From IMG/VR virus record IMGVR_UViG_3300025012_000027, positions 62,001-126,000 of that record: DNA of 64,000 nucleotides, one strand, 5' to 3'. Both the position numbers and the translations under genes were made by a program. The notes under the pieces are model-generated. The model was not told the DNA's origin. It saw nothing but the letters and a program-made list of their open reading frames with translations, and did no database searches. Shown here piece after piece: positions 28,582-37,991 of this stretch (positions are counted from its first letter, which is position 1; each line of letters begins with the position of its first letter).

Positions 28582-29153
28582 ACACAACACTAAAACAAAT
28601 CCGCGAGAAATCACCATGTATTAGTGGCTGGGGAAATCTACTCGCCCACCTCGGGAAAACGAAAGCAGATGATGAGCCGCTGAGCATCTTAACGATCCTG
28701 GACAGCAATGGATTGAATGATGCCCTTTGGTGCCTACGCGCGGTGAAAGGCCGCGATAAGGAAATCCGCCTATACGCCGTTTGGTGCGCTCGCCAAGTGC
28801 AACACCTGATGACAGACCAGCTTAGCTTGGATGCACTAGATGTAGCAGAGAGGTTCGCAAAGGGCGAAGCCACAGATGATGAATTGGCTGCTGCGTGGGC
28901 TGCTGCGCGGACTGCTGCGTGGACTGCTGCGGAGGCTGCTGCGCGGACTGCTGCGGAGGCTGCTGCATGGACTGCTGCTGCATGGACTGCTGCGGAGGCT
29001 GCTGCATGGACTGCTGCTGCATGGACTGCTGCTGCGCGGACTGCTGCGGAGGCTGCTGCATGGACTGCTGCGGAGGCTGCTGCGAAGGTTGCGCAAGAAA
29101 AACGACTACGTGAAGTATGTATTGAATGCGAAAACAAATGGGAATCAAAATGA
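28578..29153 (+). CDS. Phage protein with Ala-rich (AAAW/AAAE) repeats
   Basis: SPCISGW...LGKTKADDEPL...ILDSNGLNDALW followed by repeats. Confidence 0.75.
   Translation: MNTTLKQIREKSPCISGWGNLLAHLGKTKADDEPLSILTILDSNGLNDALWCLRAVKGRDKEIRLYAVWCARQVQHLMTDQLSLDALDVAERFAKGEATDDELAAAWAAARTAAWTAAEAAARTAAEAAAWTAAAWTAAEAAAWTAAAWTAAARTAAEAAAWTAAEAAAKVAQEKRLREVCIECENKWESK
28887..29084 (+). repeat. Coding tandem array of 12/15-bp units ((g/a)ctgctgcN-NNN)
   Basis: gctgctgcgtgg, gctgctgcgcgg, actgctgcggag, gctgctgcatgg repeated over ~200 bp. Confidence 0.9.
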
Positions 29154-29575
29154 CAGCATTCCCAACCCACTATCGCATTAAAGACGTACTTGACGAATCA
29201 GGTGTCCACATCATCATGGAAAAGTGGCACCCACTGAGCGAGACGCCCGAAGGCTACTGGGTGTTGCTTGACGGTGGACCTAGCTGGCACGGTATTGACA
29301 AAAAATACCAGCGTAAATGTGGCGCCCTGAAGTGGGTGAGCAAGACCTCCGTCAGGCGCTACTGCTACCCCACCATGACCGAGGCGATGGCGTCATTCAA
29401 GCGACGCAAGGAAGTGCAGGTGAGCAAGCTGGCCATCCAACTGGAGCAGGCGCAACTGGCGCTGGCCAAGTTTGATGACTACAAGGACGCAACACCAAAC
29501 AGTTTCCCTTCGCGCTACGAGGGAATTTGCCTTGGCGAGATTGAGGCGGCAGCAAATTTAATTTGGGATTATTGA
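29150..29575 (+). CDS. Hypothetical protein
   Basis: ETPEGYWV...RRYCYPT..EAMASF..RK; ATGA coupling. Confidence 0.65.
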   Translation: MTAFPTHYRIKDVLDESGVHIIMEKWHPLSETPEGYWVLLDGGPSWHGIDKKYQRKCGALKWVSKTSVRRYCYPTMTEAMASFKRRKEVQVSKLAIQLEQAQLALAKFDDYKDATPNSFPSRYEGICLGEIEAAANLIWDY

Positions 29576-29576
29576 C

Positions 29577-30056
29577 ATGAACACAGAACAGATCATGGCA
29601 CTGGCGACGGCTTGGCGAACAGCCAGCTACGCAGACCGAGACACCCACAAAGCAGCCCTACAAGCCGCCATCGAAGCACTGGTGCAGGAGCGGGATGCGC
29701 TACAAAAGGAGCAGCCCGCAGGAACCTCAACAGCACTTGAGTTAGCGAACGATCTTTTAAACAACGTGACCCATATTCGTCAAGCCGATGCAGCAGCAGC
29801 GCTGCGCAGACTAGATGCCGAAAATGGCGCGATGAAATCCAGCATCGAGGCTCTTGAGCAAGCGCGGGACGAATATCGGGAAAAAATGTTTAGTTGGGTA
29901 CATGCAAATTCCGCAGGAGGGTGGATTGATGGTCTGCGCTTGGAGTGCGACAAGCTGGCAGCAGAGAACAAGGTGCTTCGGGATGCGCTCGCTAGGATTA
30001 AAGCGAGAGAAAGCAACGACTGGAATTCCAGCCCAGACAACCCCGAAAACTACTAA
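29577..30056 (+). CDS. Hypothetical coiled-coil protein
   Basis: Tiled ORF; LRRLDAEN module. Confidence 0.6.
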   Translation: MNTEQIMALATAWRTASYADRDTHKAALQAAIEALVQERDALQKEQPAGTSTALELANDLLNNVTHIRQADAAAALRRLDAENGAMKSSIEALEQARDEYREKMFSWVHANSAGGWIDGLRLECDKLAAENKVLRDALARIKARESNDWNSSPDNPENY

Positions 30057-30070
30057 ACAAGGAAACAATC

Positions 30071-30424
30071 GTGAGTAAAGCACTTGAATTGGCTAGCTGG
30101 TTAGAGTCCAACTACAGCCGCAACTCCACCCCGCTAAGAGCCGCAGACGAGCTTCGCCGCTTGGACGCAGAAAACAAGGCGCTGCGGGATGCGCTACCCG
30201 ATATGTTCTGGAATCATGACGATGCCGAAACTTTGTATCACAGCATAGGCGAATTCTTGAATGATGAAATTTGCAATGGATCACTTGAAGTTGGTGATGT
30301 TCGCACCATCCAACAAGCAAAACGACTGCCAAACGTCACCATACAAATCACTTCCATTGACGAAAATGAGAGTGATGCGGATTGGGTAATTGTTTTGGAC
30401 ACAGACACACGGAAACAATCATGA
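30071..30424 (+). CDS. Hypothetical protein
   Basis: AAGGA RBS, GTG start; AADELRRLDAEN module. Confidence 0.6.
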   Translation: MSKALELASWLESNYSRNSTPLRAADELRRLDAENKALRDALPDMFWNHDDAETLYHSIGEFLNDEICNGSLEVGDVRTIQQAKRLPNVTIQITSIDENESDADWVIVLDTDTRKQS

Positions 30425-30966
30425 ACCGAATTGACGCGATGAAACAGGCGCTTAGTCTGCTTGAGAATGGTGTGTATGAGTTCGCCTCGTCGTGGGACGA
30501 TAAAGCACCAACGATTATCAGCAACCTGCGCCAAGCCATCGAGCGGGTTGAACAGCAGCGCATAGGATGGTTGAAACCTTGCAGGGAAGGCTGGGTCGCT
30601 GACATTGACAACGCACCAATGCAAACTGGCGAAAGCCTGCCACTCTACCTGCACCCAGCACCACCACCATCTGCCTGGAACCGGAGCATCCGTGACTCCG
30701 TGGACAGCTTGCTACGGCAAGCAGGCTACGCCGAAGACAGCAGCGTGAGGCACCAACTTGCTTGTATGGACTTCGATGTACCAACAGCACCAGCGCAGCA
30801 GCCACTAACTGAAGAGCAGATATTTGATACCATCCCTGGTGGTATAATCGATTGTCTTTTAGATCCTTATGATGAAGGTGTCGGGGATAGAGACGAATCT
30901 CGTAGCGTACGATCCGACATCGTACGCATTGTTAGATCAATTGAAGCAAAACATGGCATTGAATGA
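30421..30966 (+). CDS. Hypothetical protein (temperate-phage-like mosaic)
   Basis: MKQAL..LE...LRQAIE...PLYLHPAP...QPLTEEQI...IEAKHGI. Confidence 0.6.
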   Translation: MNRIDAMKQALSLLENGVYEFASSWDDKAPTIISNLRQAIERVEQQRIGWLKPCREGWVADIDNAPMQTGESLPLYLHPAPPPSAWNRSIRDSVDSLLRQAGYAEDSSVRHQLACMDFDVPTAPAQQPLTEEQIFDTIPGGIIDCLLDPYDEGVGDRDESRSVRSDIVRIVRSIEAKHGIE

Positions 30967-31187
30967 AATTTATGGCGAATAACACTATTGGATACGGAAC
31001 TACTTATTCTAGTGATAATGGAATCACCATTTCACTCACCCCGCAACGCATTGTTGACCTAGAGCCTAAGACATATAGACTGCTCAAGAAACCATCAGGT
31101 GAACTCGTTCTCCAAGGTGCTTATCGTTGGTATGAAGGAGTGGAAGGAGGATTTGTGTGGAAAGATATCCCAACTGTGATCGAATAA
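30963..31187 (+). CDS. Hypothetical protein
   Basis: ATGA coupling; VLQGAY...WKDIPTV. Confidence 0.55.
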   Translation: MKFMANNTIGYGTTYSSDNGITISLTPQRIVDLEPKTYRLLKKPSGELVLQGAYRWYEGVEGGFVWKDIPTVIE

Positions 31188-31203
31188 TGTGTTATAATGT
31201 GAT

Positions 31204-31494
31204 ATGCACCGAAGGCTAATTATGACAAACGCTTATATTATTTTACCGGCAACGACGGTATATCAGGCATGCTCTGAGTATCTCGACGATCGGAACACTC
31301 TAATTGATGCGCATCGAGAAGAGATGATCCAGAGACTTATGGACAATAAACCTTGGTTTGGACACCCGCATACTCGAAAATCTGCTATCAAGAAGTTGCA
31401 ACGAGAGAATGGAGCGTGGTATCGGGCTGCGGGACGATCGAGGCGTTGGGCCATGGCACCAAAACTACGGCATTCAGGTGGAGTGGTAAGATGA
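31204..31494 (+). CDS. Hypothetical protein (start 31204 or 31222)
   Basis: Follows extended -10 promoter. Confidence 0.5.
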   Translation: MHRRLIMTNAYIILPATTVYQACSEYLDDRNTLIDAHREEMIQRLMDNKPWFGHPHTRKSAIKKLQRENGAWYRAAGRSRRWAMAPKLRHSGGVVR

Positions 31495-31682
31495 ACGAAC
31501 GGATCAAAGAACTTATGCTAGAAGCCGGGTATGCTGCCCCTGAGATTGCTGGTAGAGCTCAGAAACTTGCCGAATTGCTTATCTTGGATAGTGCATCTTT
31601 CATAGAAGATAAATTCGATTTTTGCGGCGATGAATTGGAAGTGTCGAATGCGCTGCGAGAACGCTATGGAGTAAATGAATGA
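31491..31682 (+). CDS. Hypothetical protein, MNERIKEL family
   Basis: GGAG RBS, ATGA coupling. Confidence 0.6.
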   Translation: MNERIKELMLEAGYAAPEIAGRAQKLAELLILDSASFIEDKFDFCGDELEVSNALRERYGVNE

Positions 31683-31903
31683 TTTGGACTAACATGAAAG
31701 TTCCTGTAGGCACCGTGCGGGTGATTAAACGGTTTGCATGGTTTGTGACGCCGTTGGATTTCCCAAAAAACCATCGCGTTTGGTTTAGCTACTACTATGA
31801 GAAGCAATACTATGGGCAATACTATACCGAGTTCAAGTGGTATGTGTTATCTCGGCATGCCGAGTGCCCTATCATTTCAGGTGATGAGGTAGATATAGTA
31901 TGA
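31679..31903 (+). CDS. Hypothetical protein
   Basis: GGAG RBS, ATGA coupling. Confidence 0.55.
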   Translation: MIWTNMKVPVGTVRVIKRFAWFVTPLDFPKNHRVWFSYYYEKQYYGQYYTEFKWYVLSRHAECPIISGDEVDIV

Positions 31904-32085
31904 ATCAGTTAAATGTGAAGTTTTTAAAAGATCTTGCGGCTAAGCAGTGCTACTACGATAGCGACCCCAACGATTGTGTTGAAGATTGGGTGGGTGGTAA
32001 TGTAGATGACGCCTTTACATTGGGCGAGCGAGCAGGTGAGGTTATGTTGGCCAGACAACTTCTAGAAGTATTGGGGATCGAGTAG
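31900..32085 (+). CDS. Hypothetical protein
   Basis: GAGG RBS; GGNVDDAF.LG. Confidence 0.6.
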   Translation: MNQLNVKFLKDLAAKQCYYDSDPNDCVEDWVGGNVDDAFTLGERAGEVMLARQLLEVLGIE

Positions 32086-32087
32086 AC

Positions 32088-32447
32088 ATGACACCAAAAA
32101 TTTTACACTATTATGAGTGGGACGATATCCAAGTAGAACTGTGCAAGAACTTGAATATCCCAGAAACACAGTTTAGATCTATGAGCCGCGACGACTGTTT
32201 TCGGGGAGATTGCTGGCACGTTTGGCTATCACTGTGGGGTGATCGAGTTCGCAATGACTTATTCGATTCGGTTTGGTTCTTTCCATCGGACGAAAAGGGC
32301 GACAAAGACGGCGAATGGGGATACTTGGAAGAACAAGCGGTGAAAGAATATGGCGAATGGGCCCGAGCATTTGTGAAAGCTGTTGAGAAGTTGGTGATTG
32401 ATCATCTTCTAGCCAACAAAGAAACTATAATTCACTATAGTTGGTAA
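32088..32447 (+). CDS. Hypothetical protein
   Basis: Tiled ORF. Confidence 0.6.
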   Translation: MTPKILHYYEWDDIQVELCKNLNIPETQFRSMSRDDCFRGDCWHVWLSLWGDRVRNDLFDSVWFFPSDEKGDKDGEWGYLEEQAVKEYGEWARAFVKAVEKLVIDHLLANKETIIHYSW

Positions 32448-32448
32448 T

Positions 32449-32814
32449 ATGAATGAAACACTGATGTTATTGACGTGGTTGATCATCAAGCACTTCATTA
32501 TAGATTTTCCGCTACAGACTAGATACCAGTACAGCAACAAAGGCACGTATGGCCATTTAGGAGGCTTACTACACGCCGGTCTGCACTCCCTGGGGACATA
32601 TGCAGTGTTTGTTATGTGGTATCCTGGTATTGCGGTTATATTAGCCCTCATAGACGGGGCGGTTCACTATCACATCGACTGGGCTAAAGTGAATATCAAC
32701 AAGCGTCTAGGTTGGGGGCCTACTACTCACGAAGAGTTTTGGTGGTTGTTAGGGTTAGATCAATTTATACATTCTCTGACATATATTTTACTTGTTTGGA
32801 TAGTTACACAATGA
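32449..32814 (+). CDS. DUF3307-like membrane protein
   Basis: KHFIIDFPLQ, GGLLHAGLH, HYHIDW.K, LGLDQFIH. Confidence 0.8.
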   Translation: MNETLMLLTWLIIKHFIIDFPLQTRYQYSNKGTYGHLGGLLHAGLHSLGTYAVFVMWYPGIAVILALIDGAVHYHIDWAKVNINKRLGWGPTTHEEFWWLLGLDQFIHSLTYILLVWIVTQ

Positions 32815-33290
32815 TACACCACGTTACTGGCGATCTAGTTGCTCTCGCCGATGCTGGGGAATTCGATATCGTCGTTCATGGATGCAATTGCTTCAACACA
32901 ATGGGGGCTGGTATAGCTAAACAGTTGAGAACTAGGTGGCCAGATATTGCCAAAGCAGATGCCGCTACTATAAAAGGCAACTATAATAAACTGGGAACAT
33001 TCAGCTTTGCATACATACCCGACGCCGACAAAGATTTCTTGGCCATAAACGCATATACGCAGTATAAGATTCGCCGAGAGTTTCAGGAAGATGTGTTTGA
33101 ATACACATCGTTTAAGATGATTCTGCAGAAACTATACTATCTGCATGGCTGTGAAAATTTTGGATTCCCTAAGATTGGTATGGGGCTCGCTGGCGGAGAT
33201 GAAAATCGTATCATGAGCATGTTAAATTATTTTTCAGAAGCAGTTGACAAACGCGGTGGATCTGTTACACTAGTGACACTAGGAGAGTAA
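32811..33290 (+). CDS. Macrodomain ADP-ribose hydrolase (T4 Tk.4-like)
   Basis: GDL, HGCNCFNTMGAGIA, NAYTQY, FPKIGMGLAGGD; ATG at 32811. Confidence 0.9.
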   Translation: MIHHVTGDLVALADAGEFDIVVHGCNCFNTMGAGIAKQLRTRWPDIAKADAATIKGNYNKLGTFSFAYIPDADKDFLAINAYTQYKIRREFQEDVFEYTSFKMILQKLYYLHGCENFGFPKIGMGLAGGDENRIMSMLNYFSEAVDKRGGSVTLVTLGE

Positions 33291-33439
33291 GATGAAAATT
33301 AAACAAGCCTTGATTTTTGTGTTTGAACAGGTCGCGTGTAGGTTGATTCTCGTAGCGTTGGGTATTGGTATATCAGTGTTTGGTCTGATAGCACCAACAA
33401 AGACACTTGATGCGCTAGCAAGGACTAAATGGTAATGTT

Positions 33440-33634
33440 ATGACTATATCAAAGAATCTTGTGGTTAGGGCTGCGGTGTGGGCAGCGTCGGTTATCGGGT
33501 TTGTTACAGCGTCGATCATCAATTATGACGCATATGTTTACGTGCTTCATTTTATAGGACTGTGCACGTGTTTCTACCAAATACTGCAATGGTCTAAGCG
33601 ATTGTGGCCTTTAGCAGGAAATCAAAATGACTGA
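33440..33634 (+). CDS. Small membrane protein
   Basis: Two hydrophobic segments. Confidence 0.45.
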   Translation: MTISKNLVVRAAVWAASVIGFVTASIINYDAYVYVLHFIGLCTCFYQILQWSKRLWPLAGNQND

Positions 33635-33914
33635 CTGGTACGACGATTGGAAAAAGAAATCTGAAGCGTATAAGCCGAATGAACCCGACCAAGGAGTCTT
33701 GTGGATGAAACAGATGGCGTTAATGTCGCCTCACTTTAAAGAGCTACGAGATCGAGAAAACAAGATTTCAGTTAACGAACATTGGATGAACGCATTTGGT
33801 CAGATGTGCTATGATATGGGTACTCAACGGATCGACGATCGGTCTTATGAAATGGGGTATGCAAAGGCCAGAAAAGATATCGCAGATTTGTTAGGATTTT
33901 CTGAAGAAGATTGA
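33627..33914 (+). CDS. Hypothetical protein
   Basis: AGGA RBS. Confidence 0.55.
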   Translation: MTDWYDDWKKKSEAYKPNEPDQGVLWMKQMALMSPHFKELRDRENKISVNEHWMNAFGQMCYDMGTQRIDDRSYEMGYAKARKDIADLLGFSEED

Positions 33915-33946
33915 TATGCGTTCTTAAAACGTGTTATAATCTTAAC

Positions 33947-34420
33947 ATGAACACTTTTACATCATACATCAAATCACTGTTTGCTACAAAGAAGATTCGG
34001 CGCATCGCGTTTCTTGATGGCGACCAACCTCTCCCAGGAGTGTTATCGGCATATCACAAATATGTCGTCGGGACCGGTACAGACACACATCTAATTCGAT
34101 ATAAACGAGATGATCATAAAGAGCCTAAGATCCTCAAGAACCTCGACGAGGTAAACAAAGTTTATCTGACTGGGTATCGAACTGGAAAAGAGATTGTTGA
34201 CAAGTTTATCGCGGGGTCTATCCAACAAGCGGTCAGTGATGGGTATCAACATATCACGGTCATCTCATCGGATTATGATTTCATCGATATTTTCAAGATG
34301 GCTGTGCAAATCAACCCATCAGCGAGTAACGTTTCATTTCACATTATTGTGCCGCACGCGCAAGGTATGATGGTTGATACGCCGGCGCAGATCGCAAACA
34401 TTGAAATTATCAAGATGTGA
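33947..34420 (+). CDS. NYN/PIN-fold nuclease-like protein
   Basis: AFLDGDQ, GKEIVDKFI, VISSDYDF acidic motifs. Confidence 0.7.
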   Translation: MNTFTSYIKSLFATKKIRRIAFLDGDQPLPGVLSAYHKYVVGTGTDTHLIRYKRDDHKEPKILKNLDEVNKVYLTGYRTGKEIVDKFIAGSIQQAVSDGYQHITVISSDYDFIDIFKMAVQINPSASNVSFHIIVPHAQGMMVDTPAQIANIEIIKM

Positions 34421-34435
34421 GAATACGGAACTAAT

Positions 34436-34711
34436 ATGAATATAATCGCAGCTCATAAACAATGTGTGTTTGACGTATACGTTGAAGATTATTACGTCGA
34501 TGTGTTTGAATCAGCGGTGGGCAGGCTCAACCAGCGGCTGGGTACAAGTTTCACCACCGATACTATTTCGGACCTAGTTAATGCAGAAGATATTGTAACG
34601 CTGTGGAACAATTTTTGGATCATATTGCCCGATTCGCCGTCCATACATCGGCCACCGTTCGATTTGGTGTGTGAGATTTGCGAATACGATTACAGAGAGG
34701 ATGACGAATGA
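34436..34711 (+). CDS. Hypothetical protein
   Basis: FW..LPDSPSIHRPPF...CE. Confidence 0.6.
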   Translation: MNIIAAHKQCVFDVYVEDYYVDVFESAVGRLNQRLGTSFTTDTISDLVNAEDIVTLWNNFWIILPDSPSIHRPPFDLVCEICEYDYREDDE

Positions 34712-34917
34712 CCGACCATGAAAAATCCATTGTATCAAGTGCGGTGCAAGCAGAACGAGATCGTATCACTAAAATCTTGCGGGGAATTGATGCATGTGAG
34801 CTAGACGACCCATTCGGTTGGTGGGAAACAAGCACAGGCGCAGACTTCGGTAACAATATATTGTATCAAATAAACAACTCGTTCATTGATGTATGTGACA
34901 CTTTTGGATTGAGTTGA
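34708..34917 (+). CDS. Hypothetical protein
   Basis: GWWETSTGA.FG motif; ATGA coupling. Confidence 0.6.
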   Translation: MTDHEKSIVSSAVQAERDRITKILRGIDACELDDPFGWWETSTGADFGNNILYQINNSFIDVCDTFGLS

Positions 34918-35282
34918 TGCGAGTTGTTTTATACGCACATGACTTTGAGCCAATCACAGTCATTGAACTGTCAACTTTCGTGACAGACTATCTCGAACGA
35001 TATGGGCGATGTTCTATTGCGGTTCCTATGCCGCTGTTGTTAGACGCTATGCCATCGACGACTATACGTCAAACATATCCGCGAGTAGATATAATTGCAG
35101 AACGATTGAGGTTTCATCGTGGAGACCACTTGATGCTATTCACAGCCGATGAAGAATCTGCATTGCTGTTGAAGTCTGTGTTTTTGCCTGGACAGTATAG
35201 GCAGTTGCACTCCGAGACTCGTGACGCATATGCCAGAGGGTTCCTTGCAGCAATCACCGCATTGGGTCATAATGGCAGTTAA
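34917..35282 (+). CDS. Hypothetical protein
   Basis: VVLY..DFEPITVIEL...ALLLKS.FLPGQ. Confidence 0.6.
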   Translation: MRVVLYAHDFEPITVIELSTFVTDYLERYGRCSIAVPMPLLLDAMPSTTIRQTYPRVDIIAERLRFHRGDHLMLFTADEESALLLKSVFLPGQYRQLHSETRDAYARGFLAAITALGHNGS

Positions 35283-35514
35283 GTTTAGACTGGGTAATAG
35301 ATTCTACTCAAAGCAACGTGATATGATCGAATGGTGCGTCGATCACGCGGGTGATGGTGGCTGGATAGCAGATGATATATCACTTTCGCTGGATAAATCG
35401 TGGGGAGTGGTATCAATGTTCGGCATATCATTCTTCATGTTTGCCGATATGGCAACAGCATTACAGTTTGCTGAGAAGTTTGAATGTAGGGATTGTTTAA
35501 CGAAAGATTATTGA
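35272..35514 (+). CDS. Hypothetical protein
   Basis: Tiled ORF; MIEWC. Confidence 0.5.
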   Translation: MAVKFRLGNRFYSKQRDMIEWCVDHAGDGGWIADDISLSLDKSWGVVSMFGISFFMFADMATALQFAEKFECRDCLTKDY

Positions 35515-35516
35515 CT

Positions 35517-35768
35517 ATGAACAAACACATTGCGGGTATTATCAAATCATCCGGCATACATGATGACATGCTTGAACAATGTATGTTCGGCGATGCGCAT
35601 ACATATGAAATGATCGATGATGATCTATCAAAATTTGCCGAGACTATCGTGCAAGAATGTATTAGGCAGATACAAATGGGTATTGCTAGAGACGGATATG
35701 ATACACCAGAATACCGACGATCTATCAAACACATAACCGACATCAAACGGTATTTTAGTTTGATCTAA
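35517..35768 (+). CDS. Hypothetical protein, KFAE.IV.EC family
   Basis: Paralogous motif with 31491, 50959, 53907, 54619. Confidence 0.6.
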   Translation: MNKHIAGIIKSSGIHDDMLEQCMFGDAHTYEMIDDDLSKFAETIVQECIRQIQMGIARDGYDTPEYRRSIKHITDIKRYFSLI

Positions 35769-36024
35769 TCTTAAATAACGAGTATCTATCAATTTCAACC
35801 GCTGGTTGATTAGGTGCAAGGGAGAACTTTATGTTGGTAATCATACCGATATTTTTGTGTTGCGTTTTTGCTATTCTAGGGATCGTAGAGTCCAGATTCT
35901 CCACGCGCCTTGCTTGGCTGTGTGCGTCGTTAGTTGCTCTTAATTGGGAAATCGCTCAATTAAGGTTGTCTGGATGGCTTTGGTAGTCGTTTCTGTGTTA
36001 TAATACGTGTAGCAGGAGTACATT

Positions 36025-36243
36025 ATGAGCGAACCGTTAGTTGGTCAAAATGATCTCGCGACTCTCGAGACTATGTTGGCGAATCATAACTGGCAGTATG
36101 GTCAGTCTGACGATCCAGCTGATTGGATACGATCCAGGGATGAACTCGCGGCCATCATTAATTTGATGGAGATTCTAGCAAAGGCTGGTGCTGGCGTAGA
36201 AGCTAGGGCGCTATATACCAAATACTGTGAATATGCTGTATGA
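36025..36243 (+). CDS. Hypothetical protein
   Basis: Promoter plus AGGAG; HNWQYGQSDD. Confidence 0.65.
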   Translation: MSEPLVGQNDLATLETMLANHNWQYGQSDDPADWIRSRDELAAIINLMEILAKAGAGVEARALYTKYCEYAV

Positions 36244-36434
36244 AACGAATAATTAACGATACGTCGATCATTTTAGATAAATACTGGCTGGCAGGTATCG
36301 GCGGGGTATCTGTGGTATTCTGTTTGATTACGGGGGATTACCTCACTTCTATATGGGCGTTAGCATTCACGATCAGTCGTTTGCATGTCATTAGCTTGCA
36401 AGACTTGGTAGAACAACTCGAAGAAACACAATAA
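36240..36434 (+). CDS. Small membrane protein
   Basis: Hydrophobic; ATGA coupling. Confidence 0.5.
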   Translation: MKRIINDTSIILDKYWLAGIGGVSVVFCLITGDYLTSIWALAFTISRLHVISLQDLVEQLEETQ

Positions 36435-36667
36435 GGAACTATCATGACAATCAGTAATGTCATAGCACTCGCAAGTTTCATCGTCATAATGGGACTCATC
36501 ATGTTCGAGGTGATCGGAAGCAGAAAGCGTCGAGCATTGCGGCTACAGATGATCGATGTATGTGCAGATTGTGAAAAAGCTAGACTTTTGCGCGAAAAAT
36601 TTGATAGTGAATGTGGTTAAACTAGAAAATCTGTGTTATAATACCTCTACAAACAGTAAAGGTGTAT

Positions 36668-37201
36668 ATGCAAACAAAGATCGATCAAGTTAAGGCAAAA
36701 GTCGCGCACTGCATTCAACTAGCCCAGCAAAAGTTAGGCATCAATCTTCCCACTATTGACGTTCGATTCGATCTTCGTGGTCGGGCTGCCGGCCAAGCCG
36801 GTCGTATTACTCACATCAACGGATTTCGAGAGTTTTACGTTCGATTCAATGTACATCATATTTCTAGTGACGCAGACTTCGAGCATCTCTTGAACTCAAC
36901 TGTCCCGCATGAAATTGCGCATAGCGTATGTCAAGCTTTCCCACATCTAGGTGATAACCATGATGCTGGGTGGAAGCGTATTTGTATTATGCTGGGTGGC
37001 AATGGCTCTCGTTGTTATTCAGCTGAAGACGCGCCAGATGCAACTGCTCGGCTTAAGCCAATCATCTATACTGCAACGAACGGCAAACAAGTACGTGTTA
37101 CTAAAGTAATCCACGGCAAGATTCAACGCGGTAAAAACTATATTGAACCTACAGGCGGTCGGCTTACACGCGATTGCCAATACAGTTTGGCAGTAAAATG
37201 A
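36668..37201 (+). CDS. SprT-like zinc metalloprotease
   Basis: LRGRAAGQA, TVPHEIAH, HDAGWK. Confidence 0.88.
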   Translation: MQTKIDQVKAKVAHCIQLAQQKLGINLPTIDVRFDLRGRAAGQAGRITHINGFREFYVRFNVHHISSDADFEHLLNSTVPHEIAHSVCQAFPHLGDNHDAGWKRICIMLGGNGSRCYSAEDAPDATARLKPIIYTATNGKQVRVTKVIHGKIQRGKNYIEPTGGRLTRDCQYSLAVK

Positions 37202-37707
37202 AACTGGTGTATAACGACACTGGGGCGACCCCATTTTGGTATTGGGTAAATCCAAAGTTTCCACGTGATATGATGAGCCAAAAGTTCTATTCAGAACCAC
37301 TTGCATTGCAATGGCGAGGTAGAGTTGGACATGAGAACTTTGGCGATATTGAAGAATTGACTGCTGAAATTACAGAACTACGCGCCAAGCTCGCTGCGCT
37401 AGAGGGGGCAGAGTTGGTACTGACGTTTAACTTTGGGACGCTTGTTAAAGTTGTTTTTCAAGACCACGCGTTATTCGAGGTTGACTTGTCACCACAACCG
37501 TATTTCCAGGTTTGCTGGGCGAGTGGTTGGGGCGGAGCATACGAAAGCGAAGAAGATGCTATCGATGAATCCCGCAGTCTATGTGGGTACGGCCGCAGCA
37601 TTCGCGAAGTCAAACCCGGCGATGATGAATACAAAAATCCACGCTATTTGAGCCTCACGGAACAACGCATTCCACTACAAGCAGCACTCAACTTTTTGAA
37701 AGATTAA
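37198..37707 (+). CDS. Hypothetical protein
   Basis: ATGA coupling. Confidence 0.55.
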   Translation: MKLVYNDTGATPFWYWVNPKFPRDMMSQKFYSEPLALQWRGRVGHENFGDIEELTAEITELRAKLAALEGAELVLTFNFGTLVKVVFQDHALFEVDLSPQPYFQVCWASGWGGAYESEEDAIDESRSLCGYGRSIREVKPGDDEYKNPRYLSLTEQRIPLQAALNFLKD

Positions 37708-37709
37708 TC

Positions 37710-37991
37710 ATGTTAAAAACCTTTAAAGCTGCGTTGAAAAGAATCCGCCCCCTCATCGAGAGTGGTAGAGAGTGCTTTATTTGCACGGCGCTGTTCAAGA
37801 CAGGCAATGGTAGATTCATCCATCGTATCACAGAACAGTTGACTGGTCTAAATGGGAGTCGATGTCCAACATACGATAGTTGGTTATATCAGTATCATCG
37901 CGAGACATATATTAAAATGACAGATGCTGATGTTGTAGAAGGTCGACTTCAATGGATCGACCATATGATTGCTCAAGAAACTGTGTTATAA
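37710..37991 (+). CDS. Hypothetical protein, GRLQWIDHMI family paralog 2
   Basis: Tandem paralog of 37998. Confidence 0.7.
   Translation: MLKTFKAALKRIRPLIESGRECFICTALFKTGNGRFIHRITEQLTGLNGSRCPTYDSWLYQYHRETYIKMTDADVVEGRLQWIDHMIAQETVL

Noticed and set aside
28541-29181. Metallothionein-like CC-rich ORF and Gln/Ser/Leu-rich ORFs
   Set aside because: Alternative frames of the gctgct repeat array; the Ala-rich frame has the RBS, coupling and a conserved N-terminus.
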